Notes: generated by a model not told the origin, from the letters alone. Numbered from the stretch's first letter, positions 48,040 to 59,276 are shown. The stretch is DNA of 64,000 nucleotides from Bacteroidota bacterium (GCA_031367345.1 JANLPR010000117.1:9759-73758), one strand, 5' to 3'. Numbers and translations: made by a program.

Positions 48040-49472
48040 AAGATAGTCGAAAGTATAAAATTCTAATTATCGAAGATAATCCGGGTGATCTTTTAATTGT
48101 AGAGGATTTTCTTCGAGAGAAAATGATTAATTTAGAAATCATTCACTTTGATAATTTCAGGGAGGCTGAAAAAGATTTGAAGAAAGGTAATAAATATGAT
48201 GTAATTCTTTTAGATCTTACATTGCCGGATTTAAGTGGTCAAAAGCTTATTACTTCAGTACTTGGAATTGCAAATGAGTGTCCTGTTGTAGTTTTGACAG
48301 GCTATCAAGATGTTGATTTTAGTAAATTATCAATATCACAAGGGGTTTCTGATTATTTATTGAAGGATGAATTGAATTCAGCGATTTTATTCAAGAGTAT
48401 TATTTATTCCATAGAACGAAAAAAAACAATATCGCTTTTACACGAATCAGAGAAAAGGTATAGTAATCTTTTTCATTTAAGTCCTCAACCAATGATGGTT
48501 TTTGATTTAAGCACTTTGAAGTTCATTCAGGTAAATCGTGCCACTATTGCCTTGTATGGATTTTCTGAGGAAGAATTTTTGCAAATGACGATAGCTCAAA
48601 TTCGACCTGAAAGTCAGATTGAATTTATGTTAGGTGTCATTGAAAATACAAAAAGGATTGATCAAACATTTAGTCATACCGATGGTGCAATTCACCGTAA
48701 AAAGTCTGGAGAGTTGATAAATGTTGAAATTTTTGGAACCCCATTAAAAGTGGAAAATGAGCTATATAGATTAATCATTGTATATGATGTTACAGAAAAA
48801 AAATTATTTGAATTGAAATTGACAGAAGCAATTATTAAGACGCAAGAAGATGAACGATACGAAATTGGTGGAGAGCTGCATGATAATGTTTGCCAAATCC
48901 TTGCTACAAGTCAAATGAGCATGGGTATGATCAAGAAAGTGTTGGATCCGGATGCTTTGAAATGGTATGAGCAGAGTAAAGAATATATTAAATTAGCCTC
49001 TGAAGAAATTAGAAATTTATCGCATCGTTTAGCGCCAATTTTTATTGATCAAGGTACTCTTCAAGATTCCATTCATGTTTTAATTAATACTTTTAATGGC
49101 GATGAAAAGTATGTCATTAATGAAAAGTACGATACTTCTGTTAACAATTATTCTTTATCAAGGGAAACACAATTGAATTTATACAGAATAATTCAAGAGC
49201 AATTAAGAAATATACAGAAACATTCAAATGCAACAACTATAAATTTATCAATATCCAAAAAGGAAGGAAGCTTGTTATTAACTATTAAGGATAACGGTTT
49301 GGGCTGTGATCCAGAGAATACTCGGGCGGGAATTGGAATTGCAAATATGAAACGTCGCGTAGAACTATTTGCCGGCGATTTTAAACTTTCAAGCATTCCG
49401 GGAGTAGGATGCGAATTAGAAATTAGTATTCCGGTGAAGCATCTTGATAATTTCTTTCTTGACAAGAGTTAG
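48036..49472 (+). CDS. REC-PAS-HisKA_3 hybrid histidine kinase
   Basis: IIEDN...LLDLTLPD receiver, PAS, ELHDNVCQ H-box, QEQLRNIQKHS, DNGLG, GIGIANM. ATGA overlap with the previous stop. Confidence 0.9.
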   Translation: MKDSRKYKILIIEDNPGDLLIVEDFLREKMINLEIIHFDNFREAEKDLKKGNKYDVILLDLTLPDLSGQKLITSVLGIANECPVVVLTGYQDVDFSKLSISQGVSDYLLKDELNSAILFKSIIYSIERKKTISLLHESEKRYSNLFHLSPQPMMVFDLSTLKFIQVNRATIALYGFSEEEFLQMTIAQIRPESQIEFMLGVIENTKRIDQTFSHTDGAIHRKKSGELINVEIFGTPLKVENELYRLIIVYDVTEKKLFELKLTEAIIKTQEDERYEIGGELHDNVCQILATSQMSMGMIKKVLDPDALKWYEQSKEYIKLASEEIRNLSHRLAPIFIDQGTLQDSIHVLINTFNGDEKYVINEKYDTSVNNYSLSRETQLNLYRIIQEQLRNIQKHSNATTINLSISKKEGSLLLTIKDNGLGCDPENTRAGIGIANMKRRVELFAGDFKLSSIPGVGCELEISIPVKHLDNFFLDKS

Positions 49473-49544
49473 ATTTGTAACTCAATTCATTTTTTATTGA
49501 TGTAAAAATAAATTGTCGCAAAATTTTGAGAACGGATATAACTA

Positions 49545-49575
49545 AAAACTCCATCAATTAGATTGATGGAGTTTT
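49545..49575. terminator. Bidirectional terminator
   Basis: aaaactccatcaat-tag-attgatggagtttt between convergent genes. Confidence 0.85.
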
Positions 49576-49621
49576 AGATTGATAAAAAGAGATTGAAGTT
49601 TATTATTTCAAAACATTTTCG

Positions 49622-52399
49622 TTAAAAATTTAGCGCCAATCGAGCATACATTCTCATGCCATTTGCTCCCATTTGAACAGCATCCCATGGGCCCGCTGGT
49701 TCGTTATTATATGCCCAATATTTAGCAGTTGCAACTGCTCCTAAGTCAGGATGTACTCCAAATAAATTGTCTGTGCCGAGTACTAATTTAGCTGATTTGC
49801 AAAGTTTGTAGGTAAGATATAAGTCAGTCACAGCTTTTCCTCCATAAACATATTTGTCGGCCACATACACATTAGGATCTGCATCTGTTGGGACCTTAGG
49901 GTCTATACCTAAAGCATCTTCTCCGTAACCTAAAATAGTAACACTGCCAAAATAAGTTATACGTGTTCCAAAAGTAATTTTCTTAATTCCATATTCTAAA
50001 TTCATACTAAACTTTGACGAAGGCGCAGAAGCCAATATAAATGCTTGTTCACGATCACTAAGAAATGTTTTTCTATGTTGTTCTGTATCGTTTAATTTTT
50101 CAGGTACGTTAATGGCATCAATTGTCATTTTTTGTAAATTTCCTGACAGAGATGCTCGGAAGGAATGTTTTTCTGTTATTTTTTTATAGTCGAATACAAT
50201 GTCGATTCCTTTATTGGTTGTGTTTACTGCATTCGCAAAGAACTGCGCATACGCAGCATGATAATTATTTAGAGCAGCTAGAAATGCAGGGTCAAGAGTA
50301 TTATCTGTTGCATCAAATTGGCCGGACAATACAACGCGGTCTTTCACTTCAACCATATAGCCATCCACTGTAATATTGAAATTTTTTATTGGAGTATATG
50401 AAAATCCTAAACCGGCATTAACAGACCGTTCTTGTTTTAGGTCAGGAATTCCGGCAGCCTTTGTAATTGGATTATAGTTCGGCGCAATTTTTACTTCAGC
50501 GACTAATCCACCTTGAACTGTCGTGAATGTTGAGCTGAAATTAATTTGTTGAAGAGATGGTGCTCTGAATCCTGTACTAATAGATCCTCTTAAGTTTAAT
50601 TTATCTGTAATCTTATACCTCGAGCTCATTTTGTAGTTACTTGTAAAACCAAAATCGCTATAATTTTCAGCACGAACAGCGCCTGTTAACAACCATCTTT
50701 TAGTAATATCAAGTTCGGCATCTACATATGCTCCAATAGTAGATCGATTTGCTGTTACAGCATCAGCCGGTTGATATCCCGGAAAACCCTGTGCTCCCGA
50801 TGCTTTTATACCGGACGTATCGTAATTTTTATACGATGCCTCCTCTCCTGAATATAAATTGTAACGTTCTATTCTTGTTTCTGCTCCTGCGGCAAGATTA
50901 AGTCCTTGAGCAATATTTTTAAATGGTTTGGAGAAATTCAAATTTGTAGTGTTTTGTAAAAATGAAAATCCACCATCGTCAAAATGTGTTTGGCTTGTTC
51001 CCAATGAAGCATTAAATGTTTTGTCTCCATAAAAATGAAAATCGTTTTTACCTATGTTATTAGACAAATCCCATAGCCATCCTTTTCCTGCATTTCCATT
51101 GGCGCCAACAGCAACCGAAAAGTCGGTTACGTTAGTTTGAATATGCGGGTCGAAATAAACTTCACCATCAGGAGTTCTGTGCATAATGCCATCAACAAAA
51201 ATTAAATTTCCACTTGCGTCTGTTGGAAAACGTTCTGGGCGAGCAGAGAAGTTTCTGCTGAAAGCAAAAGCATCGCTCTTGCTGTAATTATATCCTCCAA
51301 AAGAGTAAAGACGAGTTGAGCCATTACCAATTGGTGTTTCAAGATTATAGAAAGCCCCTATTGCTTTTACTGAACCGTCACCATTTGCACGACGGTAAAT
51401 ATTAATAGGCAAAGCGTCGGCATTTGTAAAAAGGTTGGACGTATCTGAAATTTGTCTAAATGTTTTTTCTTGGTTCAAAGCACTCAAAGAGAAATTGACG
51501 AATCCGTCTTTTTTACCTAAAGGAATTCCATAATTCAGATTTAAAGTTCTAGTAAGTCCATCTAATTTATTTTCGTGTTGGTACTGTTGAAACTCAGGTT
51601 TGAATGCAGGATTGTATTTACTATCTGAATAGCCCCCAAAGCTGAGATCGCCACTAAATTCTTTAACATTTTTTTTAAGAATAATATTCATAACTCCGGC
51701 AATAGCATCTGAGCCATATTGAGCAGAAGCCCCATCACGAAGTATCTCAACTCTATCTATTGCCGAAATAGGAATTGCATTGAGGTCTGTTCCTGAATTT
51801 CCTCTTCCTCTTGTACCAAACACACTTACAAAAGCTGTTTGGTGTCTTCGTTTTCCATTAATTAATACCAATGTTTGATCCGGACCTAACCCTCTGAGTG
51901 TTGCTAAGTCTATATGATCAGCACCATCAGATCCACTTTGTTTATTCGAGTTGAGTGACGGAGCAGAATAATTCAGAAGTGAGGTGATATCGGTTCGGCC
52001 CGTTGGAATAGATACAGCTGAAACAGAAATGACGTCAACAGGTGCAGGAGTTTCTGTTTTTATTCTACCGGCTGTTCTTGTACCAACAACAACAATGTCG
52101 CCTAATTCGAGTGGTGCTGTTGAAAGGCCTATTTTAATTTCAGTGAGATTATTTATTCCAATTACCTTGTTGATGTAGCCAATCATTTGGATCATTAGGC
52201 TGTCTGTTCCATTCGCTTTTATGACAGCATTGCCGTCAGCATCTGATGAAACACCATTTGTTGTACCCTTCACTACTATTGATGCGCCAGGCAAAGTTGC
52301 GCCCGACTGTTGGTCAGTAACATGAATTTTGATTTGAGATTGTGCATAGCCTATTGAAGCAATAATGCTATAAAGGAAAATGAGTGCTATTCTTTTCAT
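49622..52399 (-). CDS. TonB-dependent receptor
   Basis: Signal peptide, CarboxypepD_reg-like domain, VVVGTR, plug (LRGLGPDQTLVLINGKR, IDRVEILRDGASAQYGSDAIAGVMNI), GFRAPSL, terminal F. Confidence 0.95.
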   Translation of the reverse strand: MKRIALIFLYSIIASIGYAQSQIKIHVTDQQSGATLPGASIVVKGTTNGVSSDADGNAVIKANGTDSLMIQMIGYINKVIGINNLTEIKIGLSTAPLELGDIVVVGTRTAGRIKTETPAPVDVISVSAVSIPTGRTDITSLLNYSAPSLNSNKQSGSDGADHIDLATLRGLGPDQTLVLINGKRRHQTAFVSVFGTRGRGNSGTDLNAIPISAIDRVEILRDGASAQYGSDAIAGVMNIILKKNVKEFSGDLSFGGYSDSKYNPAFKPEFQQYQHENKLDGLTRTLNLNYGIPLGKKDGFVNFSLSALNQEKTFRQISDTSNLFTNADALPINIYRRANGDGSVKAIGAFYNLETPIGNGSTRLYSFGGYNYSKSDAFAFSRNFSARPERFPTDASGNLIFVDGIMHRTPDGEVYFDPHIQTNVTDFSVAVGANGNAGKGWLWDLSNNIGKNDFHFYGDKTFNASLGTSQTHFDDGGFSFLQNTTNLNFSKPFKNIAQGLNLAAGAETRIERYNLYSGEEASYKNYDTSGIKASGAQGFPGYQPADAVTANRSTIGAYVDAELDITKRWLLTGAVRAENYSDFGFTSNYKMSSRYKITDKLNLRGSISTGFRAPSLQQINFSSTFTTVQGGLVAEVKIAPNYNPITKAAGIPDLKQERSVNAGLGFSYTPIKNFNITVDGYMVEVKDRVVLSGQFDATDNTLDPAFLAALNNYHAAYAQFFANAVNTTNKGIDIVFDYKKITEKHSFRASLSGNLQKMTIDAINVPEKLNDTEQHRKTFLSDREQAFILASAPSSKFSMNLEYGIKKITFGTRITYFGSVTILGYGEDALGIDPKVPTDADPNVYVADKYVYGGKAVTDLYLTYKLCKSAKLVLGTDNLFGVHPDLGAVATAKYWAYNNEPAGPWDAVQMGANGMRMYARLALNF

Positions 52400-52510
52400 T
52401 TGTCTGGTAGTTTATTGAGTAAATTTATTAAAATATTAATATCATTACTAAAAAATGAAATATTTATTGAACGTCTTTAATAAAAGATTCTAATTCTAGG
52501 TTGTCAATAA

Positions 52511-55500
52511 TTATTTAACTAATGTAACCCGGCCAATATAATTGTGTGTTTGATTGAAAATGTCTCTAACTTGAATTATCCAATTGTATACATCATTCTG
52601 AGCAATTGTTTTTCCATTGTCAACTTTTCCATCCCAAGGAATAGCTAGATTATTAGATTCGAAAATAAGTTTTCCCCAACGGTCGAAAATAGTTAAATTG
52701 TAAGTCGAGATCTCAAGTCCGTATGCTCCAAATGTGTCATTGATTCCATCACCGTTAGGCGTAAAAGAATTTGGGATAAAAAATGTGTATTCAGGAATTA
52801 TTTCAATCGTTTTATTTAACGTGTCTTTACAGCCATTAATATTCTCAACGATCAATGAAACTAAATAGGTAGAGTATGGAGTCGGATTGTATAAATTCAA
52901 TGGATCAGCTTTAGAAGAATTTTTTCCATCACCAAAATCCCAAAACCATCTGATTACATCAGGCGAACAATGATTTAAAAAAGTTACTCCCGACTCCAAT
53001 GTAGTTGGCTGATCCGGAGTAAAACTAAAATCAGCTTCAGGATTTGCGAATACATTAATGAGATTAGAAATAGTATTTGTATTTGAACAACCACCTGAAG
53101 AAATTGCAGTTAAAGAAATGGAGAAAGTCCCTGAATTTTCAAAACAGTAGTTTGGATTGATGTTCGTAGAAGCCGCTCCATTATCTCCAAAATTCCAAAC
53201 ATAGCTAAGCGCATTCGCACTCGATTGATTGGTGAACTTCACACAAACAGGAGCACATCCTGAATTTATATCGGCTGAAAAGTTTGCTATAGGCAATGAC
53301 AAAATGGCGATATCGACTGAAGCGCTCTGTGAATTTGTACAGGCATCAGTAACCGTAACGGTATAAGTAGTGCTAGCTAAGGGTGAGACAAGTGGACTTG
53401 AAATAAATGAATTGTTTAATCCTGTGGTAGGAGTCCATGAATATGAGTACGGTCCGTTTCCATTCGAAGCTATAGACGACAATGTTGCAGTTGCTCCATC
53501 ACAAATAGATGTTGGACCATTCGCATACAATGAAAGTGGAAGTGTTGGTCGAACAGTAATCATTTGTGGTGACGATGTACAACCGTTTATATCGGTTGCA
53601 ATAACGGAATAGTCGGTTGCTGATATTGGTTGAGCAATTGGATTTGAAATAATGGAAGAGTTTAAACCGATTGATGGTGACCATGAATAATTGTATGGGC
53701 CATTTCCACCGGAAGCTTGAGTAGATAAATTAGTTCCAGAATTACAAGCTGTAGTGCTCACAATTGAACTTAGGCTTACAGGAAGTGGTTGATTGATTTG
53801 TACGGACGTAGAATTTAAACAGCCATTCGAATCTGTTACCTTGCATAAATAATTTCCTGCACAAAGTCCGCTTGCTAAATTTGAAAGTTGAAGTGGGGCA
53901 GTATTCCAAATGTAAGTGAATACGCCAGTTCCGCCGGATGCAGAAAGAGTTGCTGTTCCGTTGCAACTTGCAAAACATGTAGTCGGCGAATTGTTTAAGG
54001 TTGTGACTAGAATTGGGCTCGGTTCATTTACAAAAGCGCTTGCGCTTGAGGTGCAGCCAAATTTATCCGTCACTACTACAGAATAAAATCCGGAAATAAG
54101 ATTGTTGCATGTATTCACAACACAACCATTCGACCAAGCAAAATTATATGGAGGATAACCACCCGAAGAAGTAACTGAAACTTTGCCACTTGAATTTCCA
54201 TTGCAAGTTAGATCTGTTGGAGTAACAGCAACGGACACTATAGGTTCAATGTAAACAGTGATCTGGTCGCTTCCTGTGCAGCCATTTGCATCAGTCATTA
54301 CAACAGTATAAGTAATTGTTGAAATAGGGGTTGCTATGGGATTTGATGCAGTTGAATTGTTCAGGCCAATAATTGGTGACCAAGAAAAAAGTGTTGCAGA
54401 TGCATTTGAGTTAGCACTAAGTTGTGTTGAATTTCCGATGCAAATGGTATCATCAATTCCTGCGTTAACAATTAAATTTGCCGCAATAGTAACTATTGAT
54501 GTTGCTGTAGCAGAACAGCCCAAATCTGTACCTGTTACACTATAAGTTGTGTTTACTATAGGAGATACATTTATTGAATTTGTTGTTGCCCCATTTGACC
54601 AGAGGTAAGTTGTTCCCCCTTGAGCAAGTAAAGTTGCTTGTTGGCCATTACATATCGATGGAGAATTTACAACAATCGTTGGAGAGTTATTTACTGTTAC
54701 AGTTGTTGTTGCTGAACTAGAACATCCATTTGTAGAACCGGTGACAGAATACACCGTTGTAAATAATGGAGCAACAGCGATTGAGCTGGAAGTTGATCCG
54801 TCGTTCCATAAATAAGTTGTACCACCATTTGCAGTCAGCGTAGCTAGTTGACCGGAACAGATCGTTTGAGAATTTACAACAATGGTTGGTGTAAGATTTA
54901 CGATAACAGAATTTGATCCTGTTGCTGTACACCCATTAATCGAATAGGTTACTGAATAACTTGTAGTGCTATTCGGATTTACAGAAATGAAATCAGTAGT
55001 TTGTCCTCCGGGCGACCACAAATAATTTCCACCTAAGATGGATGGTGTAGCGGTGAGCGTAGCAGAAGATCCAGAGCAAATAGTTGAAGAGTTGACAGTG
55101 ACTAATGGAGTTTGATTTACAGTTACACTTCCTGTAGCGGCAGTTGAACAGCCGGCTGTAAAATAAGTGCAGGTATAAGTTGAAGATAAAGTAGGGGTAA
55201 CAGAAATTGTTTGTGTTGTTTCTCCACCTGGAGCCCATAAAAATGTTCCGCCGGATACAGATGGTGTAGCGGTAAGATTTGTGGTAGCTCCCGAACAAAT
55301 AATTTGTGAGTTCACAGCAAGTGTCGTAGTGCTTGTTGAAGTCAATGTAACCATTGCTGTATCTGAACAACCAATGTGAGAGGTTCCGATTACATAATAA
55401 TTTCCTCCACAAAGGCCGGTGGCATTTGCTCCGCTTTGTCCAATGGGGTTAAAATTCGAATCGTACCATTCAAAAGTATAACCGGCAATGGAGCCGGTAG

Positions 55501-56350
55501 CAGTTGCAGTAGCACTTCCATTGCAAGTACAACCGGCATTAGTACTACTTGCGGTAACAATTAATGGAGTAATAGGCTGACAAAAATTATTGAATTGTCC
55601 TATGTAATTTGCATTAGCTGCATTGTTAGGAGCGCCCGGAGTTTGGTCGCCAGGATTTGTACTTGCACTTCCGCTAGTCCAGTTAGCTTGATTGGTTGGA
55701 TCTACATCGTTGAAATAATAAACTCTCTGCGATCCTGATCCAAAGAAATAAATTTGTGTATTCTGATTGTCTGTTCCGTAGCAGACGGAGAATACTTCGC
55801 ATCCGGCGAGATTTACTATTCGTGCACAATCTCCTGTATTAGCTAATACTGTATTTATCCAATTGCCTCCCGAAGTCCAACCTGTTGCCGGATAGGAGCA
55901 AGCAACAGCACCAGGCGTAGTTAAGTTAGTTTCAAAGAGGGTGCTATTCAAAGGAGCTATGATGCGACAGTTGTTATCGCTCATTGTTATATCGTCAGGT
56001 GGAATGGCCGGATTTCTATCTCCATCATTATAAATTAAAATAATTGTTCCAAGAGGTACGCAAGCCCAAATAAGGTTTTGTGAAAAACGAACTGCACCAA
56101 CAGCAATACCTGAAGTTCCATGGTAGCCACTATTATCGTCAAAGATCCATCCTCGAATATCAATGCATGGAGGAATATTACTAGTACAACTGTAAGTAAC
56201 AGTATTACTTACTACAACAAATTCAACGTATTCTTGATTACCCGTTGTCCCATTTGAAACTTCATTCATGATTAATGATTGAGCATTCGATTGCTTCAAG
56301 CAAAAAAACAGGAATAATAAAATGTAGAAGTGTTTACTGAGTCGAAACAT
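52511..56350 (-). CDS. Large T9SS type B (gliding-motility-associated CTD) surface protein with Ig-like/SprB/PKD repeats
   Basis: ICxGxxATLTA repeats, PKD WNFGD/WDFGDG, CTD FIPNSFTPNGDGINDTF...IFDRWG...WDG...GRVTLVK. Confidence 0.92.
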   Translation of the reverse strand: MFRLSKHFYILLFLFFCLKQSNAQSLIMNEVSNGTTGNQEYVEFVVVSNTVTYSCTSNIPPCIDIRGWIFDDNSGYHGTSGIAVGAVRFSQNLIWACVPLGTIILIYNDGDRNPAIPPDDITMSDNNCRIIAPLNSTLFETNLTTPGAVACSYPATGWTSGGNWINTVLANTGDCARIVNLAGCEVFSVCYGTDNQNTQIYFFGSGSQRVYYFNDVDPTNQANWTSGSASTNPGDQTPGAPNNAANANYIGQFNNFCQPITPLIVTASSTNAGCTCNGSATATATGSIAGYTFEWYDSNFNPIGQSGANATGLCGGNYYVIGTSHIGCSDTAMVTLTSTSTTTLAVNSQIICSGATTNLTATPSVSGGTFLWAPGGETTQTISVTPTLSSTYTCTYFTAGCSTAATGSVTVNQTPLVTVNSSTICSGSSATLTATPSILGGNYLWSPGGQTTDFISVNPNSTTSYSVTYSINGCTATGSNSVIVNLTPTIVVNSQTICSGQLATLTANGGTTYLWNDGSTSSSIAVAPLFTTVYSVTGSTNGCSSSATTTVTVNNSPTIVVNSPSICNGQQATLLAQGGTTYLWSNGATTNSINVSPIVNTTYSVTGTDLGCSATATSIVTIAANLIVNAGIDDTICIGNSTQLSANSNASATLFSWSPIIGLNNSTASNPIATPISTITYTVVMTDANGCTGSDQITVYIEPIVSVAVTPTDLTCNGNSSGKVSVTSSGGYPPYNFAWSNGCVVNTCNNLISGFYSVVVTDKFGCTSSASAFVNEPSPILVTTLNNSPTTCFASCNGTATLSASGGTGVFTYIWNTAPLQLSNLASGLCAGNYLCKVTDSNGCLNSTSVQINQPLPVSLSSIVSTTACNSGTNLSTQASGGNGPYNYSWSPSIGLNSSIISNPIAQPISATDYSVIATDINGCTSSPQMITVRPTLPLSLYANGPTSICDGATATLSSIASNGNGPYSYSWTPTTGLNNSFISSPLVSPLASTTYTVTVTDACTNSQSASVDIAILSLPIANFSADINSGCAPVCVKFTNQSSANALSYVWNFGDNGAASTNINPNYCFENSGTFSISLTAISSGGCSNTNTISNLINVFANPEADFSFTPDQPTTLESGVTFLNHCSPDVIRWFWDFGDGKNSSKADPLNLYNPTPYSTYLVSLIVENINGCKDTLNKTIEIIPEYTFFIPNSFTPNGDGINDTFGAYGLEISTYNLTIFDRWGKLIFESNNLAIPWDGKVDNGKTIAQNDVYNWIIQVRDIFNQTHNYIGRVTLVK

Positions 56351-56702
56351 TTAACCTAAAACTTAATTGAATTAGAGTGTCATTTTTTGCTTCCAGATGC
56401 AACGGCTCTGTATAAAATTAAAGCGGATATGATGTTACAAAACTAATTAAATCTACTCTATTAACCCTAATTAATGTAGGAAATATGAGTTCGAAAATCT
56501 AAAATATACCAATTTTGTGCAAAATTTAACGATTTGGTAATATGTTAAAAGCAGTTTTCTATTCATAAAGATTTGATTTGGATTTATTGGGCATTTGGAG
56601 TATTCGGAATTTGAAATGTTGTGCTGTTTCATAAATCAATTACTAAGAGATTAGTAGTTGATTTTGTGAATTGTTGGACGTGAAATAATCGGATGTGTTT
56701 AA

Positions 56703-57791
56703 TTACTCACAACCGCTCACACATTCTACTTTCATTTCTTTTTCTAACTTATTCTTATGAAATAAAAACACTTTATCTTTTTGTCGATGAAATTCAATCT
56801 CAAAAAAACCTTCTTGATTCCAAATTACGCATTCATTTTTATTTTGATTATCGCCAATTGTAATATTGTCTGTTTTGCTCCCGGCCCCACTAATAATGTA
56901 ACGAATATTATCTTGAAAAAAATATTCTAATGAATGTTCATGACCACTTGCATAATACATGGATGGTTTTTTACTTTCCTTTAACAGACTATCGATTTTA
57001 GTGACTGCTTTTTGATAGGCGGCAAAATTTAAATTGCTAGTTCCAAATCGAAAGAATAGTTTTTCAATAAATGAAGGTTCCATGGAATGTTTTCCTTTAG
57101 AAACAAGTGGATGATGAGCAACTACAATCAGCTTTTGATTTGACTTCGTTGCTTCGAGTAATTGATTTCTTAGGTCGGTATAAAATTTTGCTGTGATCAG
57201 AGAATCTTTCTTTTTTATCTTCCCTTCTTCTATGATCAATCGATAGGTGTCAATAAAAATTATGCGTAATTGATCATTGACAAATTGTTTTGAAACCGGA
57301 CCGATCATTCCATTTTTCGGAAAAAAATAATCCAAGTTGCGATTAGATAAGTTGCGGAAATTGGACAACGTGTTTTCTATATATTTTTGTTCGCACAACA
57401 ATTTTTTTTTCCCGCCTTTAATATTTGTCTTATTCCACCAGTCGTGGTTTCCCGGAATAAAGTATGCACTTCCTTTGTAGTTTTGAAGAACATTTAGTTG
57501 CGACATCATTCGCTTAACCGACTTTTTATTGCCGTTAAATCCACCAATCTCAACCGGTAAAAGGAAAAATGGTTTTAAATAGCAATTGTCACCAAGAAAA
57601 ACAACCACACTATTGGGGCTTTTTTCTAGTTGTAAGCGCAATTGAGTAAGCGTTTCTCCGGTTGTATCATTTTCGCCCGCATCTCCAATTAGAAATACTT
57701 TAAAAGCAGAAGTGTCCTTGTTCTGACCATTCGATTGTTGAAATGATATTACACTCAGAAAAAAACAAATTAGCAGTGGTAGTTTATTCAT
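56703..57791 (-). CDS. Exported calcineurin-like metallophosphoesterase
   Basis: LIGDAG, FLGDNCY, PGNHDW, AHHP, SGHEH, SGAGSK. Confidence 0.88.
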   Translation of the reverse strand: MNKLPLLICFFLSVISFQQSNGQNKDTSAFKVFLIGDAGENDTTGETLTQLRLQLEKSPNSVVVFLGDNCYLKPFFLLPVEIGGFNGNKKSVKRMMSQLNVLQNYKGSAYFIPGNHDWWNKTNIKGGKKKLLCEQKYIENTLSNFRNLSNRNLDYFFPKNGMIGPVSKQFVNDQLRIIFIDTYRLIIEEGKIKKKDSLITAKFYTDLRNQLLEATKSNQKLIVVAHHPLVSKGKHSMEPSFIEKLFFRFGTSNLNFAAYQKAVTKIDSLLKESKKPSMYYASGHEHSLEYFFQDNIRYIISGAGSKTDNITIGDNQNKNECVIWNQEGFFEIEFHRQKDKVFLFHKNKLEKEMKVECVSGCE

Positions 57792-57863
57792 AGGTGTTTA
57801 ATATCTTTTAATTTGTAAGCTCTGAGCATTCTAATTTTTCAATACTTCTCGATTTAAAATTGT

Positions 57864-58793
57864 TTAGGAAGGAATAGTAATTTTGTGAATTGTTATTGCT
57901 ATGGAATCTCTAATTGATTGTTCTTGTATTATAACCTGATAATATGGAGTAATTAGTTTGAGTAAAGAGTCAGCTGTTATTTTATTTGCGTTTGGATTAT
58001 TCTCAAGTTTATACCAAGGAGGATGATTATCAAAGTCGTAGTTTCCATAGATGATCACAGGTGTTCCATTTGCAATTATTGTTCTGCCATTGTTCTCTAC
58101 AATCCATTGGTCAGCCCAAACGTAAATAAATTTTGCGTCTTGTTCTCTCAGCCGAATGCAAGAATGACTAGCAGGATAACCCGGGAGTTCGTATTCGTGC
58201 ATCGATATACCATCAAGGTTTACGATATTAAAATACCAATTAAGTATCCATTCTTCGTTAACAGTACTGATGGTTTTCTTTGCTTTCCAATTAGTATGAA
58301 AAAGTCCTATTGGAGTAGGAGTGCTTTTTTTCCCCATACTTGTAGGTCCCCATACAATTAAGCGACCACTTTCGTAGAGTGCGAAAGCTTGAATTGGATA
58401 TGAAATTACAATTAATTTTTTTATTTCGACTAATTCAGCAATGACACTTGGGAAAGGAGCATAATCCATGAAATTAGTATAAATGATATCAGGTATAATG
58501 AGCTTTTTTACTCTATGCATTCTGTTAATGTCAATTCTGTTCAACGCAAGAATAGTGGAGAGTTCATCATCCGAAAAATGTTTCTTTGCTTTTTTGAAAA
58601 TGGAATTGGAAGAATAAATAAAATGGAAACGACCTTGATAGGATTGTTCGTGTTCAATTTCTTTTATTTGAATGGTGTCAATTGCAATCTTTGCAGGTGA
58701 TATTTTACTTATAGAGCGTCCTGTTTTCTCTTTACATCCGGTGAATATAAAGTAGATGGATATTAAAAATAAAGTAACAACATTTTTACTCAT
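57864..58793 (-). CDS. L,D-transpeptidase (YkuD family) lipoprotein
   Basis: Lipobox FTGC, GPTSMG...TPIG, HEY..PGYPASHSCIRL. Confidence 0.9.
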   Translation of the reverse strand: MSKNVVTLFLISIYFIFTGCKEKTGRSISKISPAKIAIDTIQIKEIEHEQSYQGRFHFIYSSNSIFKKAKKHFSDDELSTILALNRIDINRMHRVKKLIIPDIIYTNFMDYAPFPSVIAELVEIKKLIVISYPIQAFALYESGRLIVWGPTSMGKKSTPTPIGLFHTNWKAKKTISTVNEEWILNWYFNIVNLDGISMHEYELPGYPASHSCIRLREQDAKFIYVWADQWIVENNGRTIIANGTPVIIYGNYDFDNHPPWYKLENNPNANKITADSLLKLITPYYQVIIQEQSIRDSIAITIHKITIPS

Positions 58794-58920
58794 TAATGAG
58801 CCATTCTGAATGCAGTAAAAAGTTAATAATTGTCATGCTTTAAAGTGGGAAAGTCAATTTTAAAAAAAAGTAAATTTTGTTAGCAAAGTTCTCATTTTTT
58901 TTCTAGTAATATCTATACAA

Positions 58921-59211
58921 CTATTGTTTAAGTTGCTCGATTAGTTGATTTGCAGGTGCAACTCCTGATTGTCGCCAAACAATTTTTCCTTTTTTAAAAA
59001 TCATTAATGTTGGGACAGATTGAACGCTGTAATGTTGAGCTACCTGTTGGTTTTTGTCAATATCTATTTTTAAGATTACAACATTATCACCAAGTTTATT
59101 TTTAACTTCATTTAAGATAGGAGGCATCATTTTGCAAGGTGCACACCATTCAGCATGAAAATCAACCAGTACAGGTTTTTCTCCGTTAATTATTTCTTGG
59201 AACTTCGACAT
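58921..59211 (-). CDS. trxA: Thioredoxin
   Basis: VLVDFHAEWCAPCK, SVPTL. Confidence 0.93.
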   Translation of the reverse strand: MSKFQEIINGEKPVLVDFHAEWCAPCKMMPPILNEVKNKLGDNVVILKIDIDKNQQVAQHYSVQSVPTLMIFKKGKIVWRQSGVAPANQLIEQLKQ

Positions 59212-59276
59212 GTTTTTTATCTTTTAAAATTAGTCATTTTTTGCATATAAGCATGCTGTTTTTCCTATTTGAAATG

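Noticed and set aside
53370-55564. Multiple alternative-frame ORFs inside the T9SS type B gene
   Set aside because: They are by-products of Thr/Ser/Cys-rich repeat codons and carry no recognisable motifs.
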